Assembly (NCBI GenBank): GCA_001244265.2
Contig: CDLV01000007.1
Location: forward strand, 1,736,001 to 1,800,000
Direction of reading: 5' to 3'
Length of the DNA stretch: 64,000 nucleotides
Source of the DNA: Microbotryum violaceum
Lineage: Eukaryota
Shown in pieces: positions 59,754 to 64,000 of this stretch (within the stretch, counting starts at the first letter, position 1; each line of letters begins with the position of its first letter). The notes under the pieces were generated by a model, which did not search any database, was not told where the DNA came from, and saw only the letters and a program-made list of their open reading frames with translations. A program made the translations under genes and the position numbers.

Positions 59754-62700
59754 CTAACGCCTGGCACGCTTCGACCTCTTGACATCCGTAAGGCTCACGA
59801 GCGAGACATTGTCATCATCATCTTCGGCAGCCTCATCCCCGTCTTCTTGCATTCGCTCATCCTCCGCATTCTCTTCATCATCTTCGGCGCCTCGCTTCGA
59901 ACTCGTCGGCGACGACCCGACCAAAAGCGACCTCACTTCTTCCTCGTCATCCTCGGCACTTTCTTCTCCCTCCATCCGACGATCAACCTTCCTTCGCTTC
60001 GAAGTCGTCGCTTCTCCCTCCTCCTCATCCCTATCCTCAGCATGGTCACCTTCGTGATCATTCTCAGGCGAAGCACGTTTCTTTCCTTTGCCCTTCTTTT
60101 GGCCTTCTTCAATCACTTCATCCTTAATTTCTCCAGCCGCAGCCTCAGCCTTCTTCGCCGCAGCTAGCTGAATCCGAGGATCCTTCGACATGGCCGTGAC
60201 CAAACGCTTCTTGTACGAGCGTAGCGGTTCCCACGTCTTGGACGTCGGAGAGATCTCGACCTCGTTCTCTTCGAGCAACGACTCGAGTGTAGAGTTGAGC
60301 GTCAGGGCCGATCGACCCTCAACGCCGAGCAAGAGGTGCGCCAGGGCTTTGAAGTAGGAGAAAGCGCGATTGCGAGCCGTTGACTTGCTGGCTTGGTCGA
60401 GGTTCCCGACTTTGCGGATGATGTAGCGTAGAGCGGTCGTGTGCAAGTTTACGAGTTCGTCCGCGGGAAGACGACGGACGATGGCGAGCTGAGCTCCTCG
60501 TACCGCGGTCGCCGTTGCGAGTAATCGACCCACTGCAACGAGCTGCTCGTCCGAGACCTTGGCCTCGCCACCGATCAGCACCTCGCATGCGGTTTGCAGG
60601 CACGTCGTGATGACGGTGACCACAAGTTCGCCCGATCTGGCGTAGATTCCTTCGTCACGAAGATCTTGGACGAGCAATCGACACCACGAGTCGTACACGG
60701 GGCCAAGCCGCTCAAAGTGAGGCAAGATGACGCCGGCGTGCCGCAGTTCAATGACGCCGCTGTGCATCGCACGCACGAAGGGCAGAATAGCACGCTCGAA
60801 CTTGCGAGACGCCACTAGACGGGTCTGCTCCTTGAGTCGTTTGGCTCGGAGCTCGGCGGCGGTCGGCGCGGGTTTGGCGACAGGCGCCTTCTTCTTGGCT
60901 TTTGTGGCCTTGCCACCCTTGCCCTTCTTCTTACCCTTCTTGCCCGGAGTCGTATCCTCGTCGCTGTCCATCTCATCGCTATCTTCATCATCCTCGCCAT
61001 CCGCCTCCTCTTTGTTTTTTTCGTTCCGTTCGTCGTCTTCGGCCCAGAAGGCTTGCAGCTCTTCGCAACGACGCTCGATCTCGGCTTCGACGACGCCGGC
61101 GCAGCGCGACTGCAACTCGTCCGAGCACGTCAGGCGCAGATCAGTGAGTTTTCCGTCGGGATCGGACTTAGCCGAGGTAATGGCGCAAGAGAGGATGTGA
61201 GCATCGAGCAAGATGACGAGCGCCTTCTGTTTGACGCCCTCGGCCGCGTTCGACGTCTGACCAACCGAGAACTCTTCGAGTTTGTCGACCATGTTGCCCC
61301 GTCGTTCAACAAGGGAAGCAATCGCGCCATAGTCGGTTTGGTCGTTCTCCGCTGCCTTCTTCGTCAAGTTGAGCGTCTCCCACATGACGAACGTGCCTTG
61401 GATAGAAAGGGCATGTTGCACCATCGCCGCTTCGTCCTTGTAACCGAGACGACCTCGCTCGACGACAGACTCGACGATTTCCATCACACTATTCTGCTTG
61501 CCTTTGTCGTCATTCTGAAGGGCTTCCGAGAGGTCCACAACCTTGTAGAGACGATCGAACCGGGCAAAGCAGGCAGTGACGGCGTGAAGTTCATCCTCTT
61601 CGAAGCCGTCGGACTCGAGATCCTTGCCCGCAACGACTTCGCGCAAAGTCGAGACCAGCTTCTCTTCCAGACCGGCCATCTTCTCCGTGTTGGTGTTGGC
61701 CAGACTCGAAGCTTTGCGGAGATACATAATCGTCTGTGTGGCTTGATCGAGGACGTCGCTATCCGAGTGCTTGAAGAACTGGGTCGTGACGGCGTCCCAT
61801 AGGCCTTCGTACGCCGTGACCATGCGCAGATCGAGGTAGACATCGAGTAGCAGCAGACGAGGGATAGCAAGAATGTCGATGATCCTCGCCAACACCATCT
61901 GGTGCTTCGCGAACAAGCGAGGCAACGCTTCGATGACGGCACGAGTGACATCGGCTTGAACCTCGTCATCTTGTTCCTTGCCCTACAGCACGGTTGGCCA
62001 GAGTCAGCTGCGACACCAGCGCCATAAGCTGGGATATCGGGGCTCACCTTTTTGGACGTGGCTTGCGCAGCTGCAATCACCCGTGTGATGGAAGCGACGA
62101 ACACCTCGACGAGCAAAGACTCCTCCTCTTCTACGAGCTTGCAGCTTTCTTCGACCTTATCCCCTTCGGCAGGTTGCGTCGCCCTGCCCTTGCCCTTGCG
62201 GCCACCCTTGCCCGAGGCGCCCGAGTGGTCGAGGAGCAAAAACTCCATGATGGACTGCCACTCCTGCACAGTGTCGAGATTGTCCCACAAGGCTTCGACC
62301 GCGAAAGCGACGCGGCCATGGTGGGTCTTGACATCGGCCATATCGGCCTCCTTGGCGGTGTCGCCATCTCCCGAGGCCTCATCGTCATCCTCGCCATCGT
62401 CAATGCCATCGATGGCGTTGCCATACTTGATTAACATCTCCGCCAGGGTCTTGAGTCGGATCTGCTTCTTCGTCTCCTCGGGCACTCCGGACCCCTTCTT
62501 TTTGCCCGCGGCGCTCGGTTCTCGTCCGGTAGAGATTTCCTTCTCGCGTTCCGCGACTTCCTCCGTCCAGACCCTGATGAAAAAGTCCGCCGCAGCGCGG
62601 CGCACGCGTGGCTCGGTCTCAAAGATGAGCTTGGCAATTTCATCACTCTGATCTTCGTCGAGTAGACCGTAGTCCTCGAGCTGCCGCAAGACTTGAATGG

Positions 62701-64000
62701 TCTGAACCCGGATCGTTGTATCAACGTCGCCGATCGCCATCTGGACAATCGGCCCCTTGAAGCGCTCGGTGAAATGTTGAACAGCGCCGATATAGGCTTT
62801 CTTGGCGTAAAGTGAGAACAGAGCGCGTACAGCCTCGCGGCGTGGCTCCTTGGACTACGACGATCGAACAGACGCCACAACGGTCAATATTGATAGTTCC
62901 TTGGCGCTGCGTTTTTGGCCAAAGAATTGACATACCTCATCCGAAAGCACCCAGCCTATGTAGCGCATGTGCATTCCATCAATCCAGTAGTCAGGGTTGA
63001 TCTTGATGAGGACGGAAAACGCGGCAATGCATTCGCTACGGATGCCAGCGTCGGTATCTCGGTATCGATTCACAAATATTCTGAGCAGGGCCGCATTCTG
63101 AGATGGTCAGTGGACACTTTCGTGTGGCAGCAAAGGCCCGACTCACGTATCCCACAACGATTTGATGGTCACTTCAATCTGTTGCTGCTTGTTCTGGATC
63201 GCTTCGACCGTCTTCTTCAGTTCCTTCAGCCGGGTCTTGTCCTTGCGAGCCTTCCTGGTCTCCGCTTCGACTGCTCGGTTCGCCGTCGCGTGCTCCTTCT
63301 TGACCCCCGCATGGGTTGCGCTCAGGCCGGCGACCGAATACATGCCGAAGAGGGTGGCAGTGTGGCGGAACGATCGTATCTTGGAGGATGAAAGGGTGAC
63401 GATCCAAGGTAGTATGACGTTGCTGAAGTCGGACTCGTAAAGAACATCGGACGACGCGGCGGAATGGAAGAGTTTGGAAATGAACGCGGAGAGCGAACCT
63501 CGGAACTTCTTGTACGCCGCCGAGCGAGAAACGACCGGGTATGCCAGACTGGTTTCCTACAAGGAGAAAACTCCAAGGAGGTCAGTGAGACACTCAACGA
63601 GGAGCGCTCATCTTCTCGCCCTACGGTAGCACGCACATTCTTGAACTCGTCCTGGATATCGCTCAACGTCTCGACAACACCATCTTCGTCAACAGCTTGA
63701 TGCTCGTCAACGCTCGAGTTGCAGCCGCAAGACTGATGGGAGACGGGATTGTAGCTCAATCAGCTTTGTTCTGCTCAGCCTTGGCCATCCTGGTAACGAT
63801 CCTAGCCACCACTCACCCTGAGAAGGAAGTTGACCAGCTCGGCCATTGCCGGACCCGGCTCCTCGCTGTACTGCTCGAACCAGTCTTCAACGGTCGTTTC
63901 GAGGGCCGAGTTCCGGTCACGTACAGCATCTGAAAAAGTTCGCAGTTGTTTCGAGAGGAGATACACGTCAAGGTCAGCACAGCACGTCGACTAGTATTGA
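59754..64000 (-). CDS. SCC3: Cohesin HEAT subunit Scc3/Psc3/STAG; 5' end lies beyond the window
   Basis: STAG/SCD motifs RSFRHTAT, FVNRYRDTDAGIRSECI..WIDGMHMRYIGWVLSD, FTERFK..MAIGDVD. Long HEAT-like body and acidic/basic tail. Confidence 0.92.

Noticed and set aside
57168-64000. DAD2 and SCC3 next to each other as a chromosome-segregation gene cluster or centromere marker
   Set aside because: Only two genes, separated by an unrelated macrodomain gene. No shared regulatory motif or centromeric satellite is visible.

Overview
Intron-rich fungal DNA, most likely a basidiomycete. A Microbotryum-like (Pucciniomycotina) origin is inferred from intron style and TCG-targeted C>T decay of the transposons. 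Twelve host genes are supported. Left arm: a double-PHD MYST acetyltransferase, a cyclin T/K-like gene, RPT1, a SCY1-like pseudokinase, AP-2 mu, PPIL1 cyclophilin, OGG1 and an unknown CAAX-tailed protein. Right arm: a GT31 glycosyltransferase, DAD2, a macrodomain protein and a partial SCC3. Between them, 25061-52139 is one 27-kb hAT-type element (19-bp perfect TIRs, 8-bp TSD TAGTGTAT) filled with nested elements: two L1-clade LINEs, Copia pieces, a MULE, a MITE, a Helitron, a CACTA-like element and two chromoviruses. Target-site duplications show an 8.3-kb inversion between inverted Copia LTRs. One chromovirus carries a template-switch inversion. Two observations stand out. (i) Both chromoviruses have a T9 tract instead of a tRNA primer-binding site, which suggests poly(A)-primed reverse transcription. 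(ii) A TG..CA fold-back MITE has TIRs that reproduce the TGTAAGGC hairpin terminus of those chromovirus LTRs. Exon boundaries were read by eye. Family names come from motif recognition, not database searches.
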